DNA of 64,000 nt from Lingula anatina (taxonomy: Eukaryota; Animalia; Brachiopoda), in the NCBI GenBank assembly GCA_051362555.1, contig CM120642.1:31248001-31312000 (forward strand). Reading direction: 5' to 3'. The notes below the pieces were generated by a model. It was given only the letters and a program-made list of their open reading frames with translations, was not told where the DNA came from and ran no database searches. How positions within the stretch are numbered: the stretch's first letter is position 1; every line of letters starts with the position of its first letter. The position numbers and the translations under genes are program-made. Positions 63,501-64,000 of the stretch are shown piece by piece.

Positions 63501-64000
63501 GTTGTTGTTGTTGATGCGTGTGTGCATGTGTGCCCGCGCACGCTTGTGTGTGTGTGGGGCAATGAGCATGTTGGGAAGGACTAGTAGCAGTTATAGATAA
63601 TAAAAATGCCGCTATTATTTGTTGATAAGTAAGTTAGCTAAAAAAAGAAAAAGGAAATTATAATAATTTGTGTGGGTGTGCTCCAGGAGATTGTGTATTG
63701 ATATTAAAAAAAATTTCAACATTTTAATAGTGACAGCTGGTGCAATTTGTGGATAAAAATTAAGTGAGATGGCCACAAAAGGAAAAGAGGACAAAGGTGC
63801 CTAAACCTTGGTTATATAAAATAAGTGAGCCAACTACTTTGACTCAATTTTTTTCGTAAGTTTCCCCCCTCGTGCAGACGGGCAATAGAGAAGACAGTGA
63901 GGTGGAACCGTAATGTTGTCCACACACAATAGAGACAGAAGTGTGAACTATTACCATCTCCAGCACCTCCATTGATGTCTGAAGTCCTCCACTTGAGAGC

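Overview
Eukaryotic, AT-rich, intron-containing animal DNA; the gene and transposon content looks invertebrate, but the species cannot be determined. I rebuilt gene models by hand from GT-AG splice sites and codon phase. The window holds: (1) the 3' 17 exons of WDR17 (+, 300-11517); (2) a secreted 132-aa cysteine-rich peptide with two coding exons and a knottin/agatoxin-like cysteine framework (-); (3) a secreted PAN-like + mucin stalk + atypical fibrinogen-like protein (-), with a dead partial duplicate upstream; (4) a 10-exon, about 1110-aa gene (+, 25087-32037) fusing a multi-pass membrane region, about 5-6 tandem ubiquitin-like domains, an intact Ser/Thr kinase and a KEN ribonuclease domain (IRE1/RNase L family with an unusual sensor module, the most notable item); (5) an MFSD4/NaGLT1-like MFS transporter (+); (6) NAXD/CARKD (+, 3' end outside the window) with a duplicated, apparently mutually exclusive exon and two very large introns. 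There are also many MITEs (one nested), an RTE-type LINE relic and minisatellites. No database search was possible, so family calls come from recalled motifs and all novelty claims are untested.
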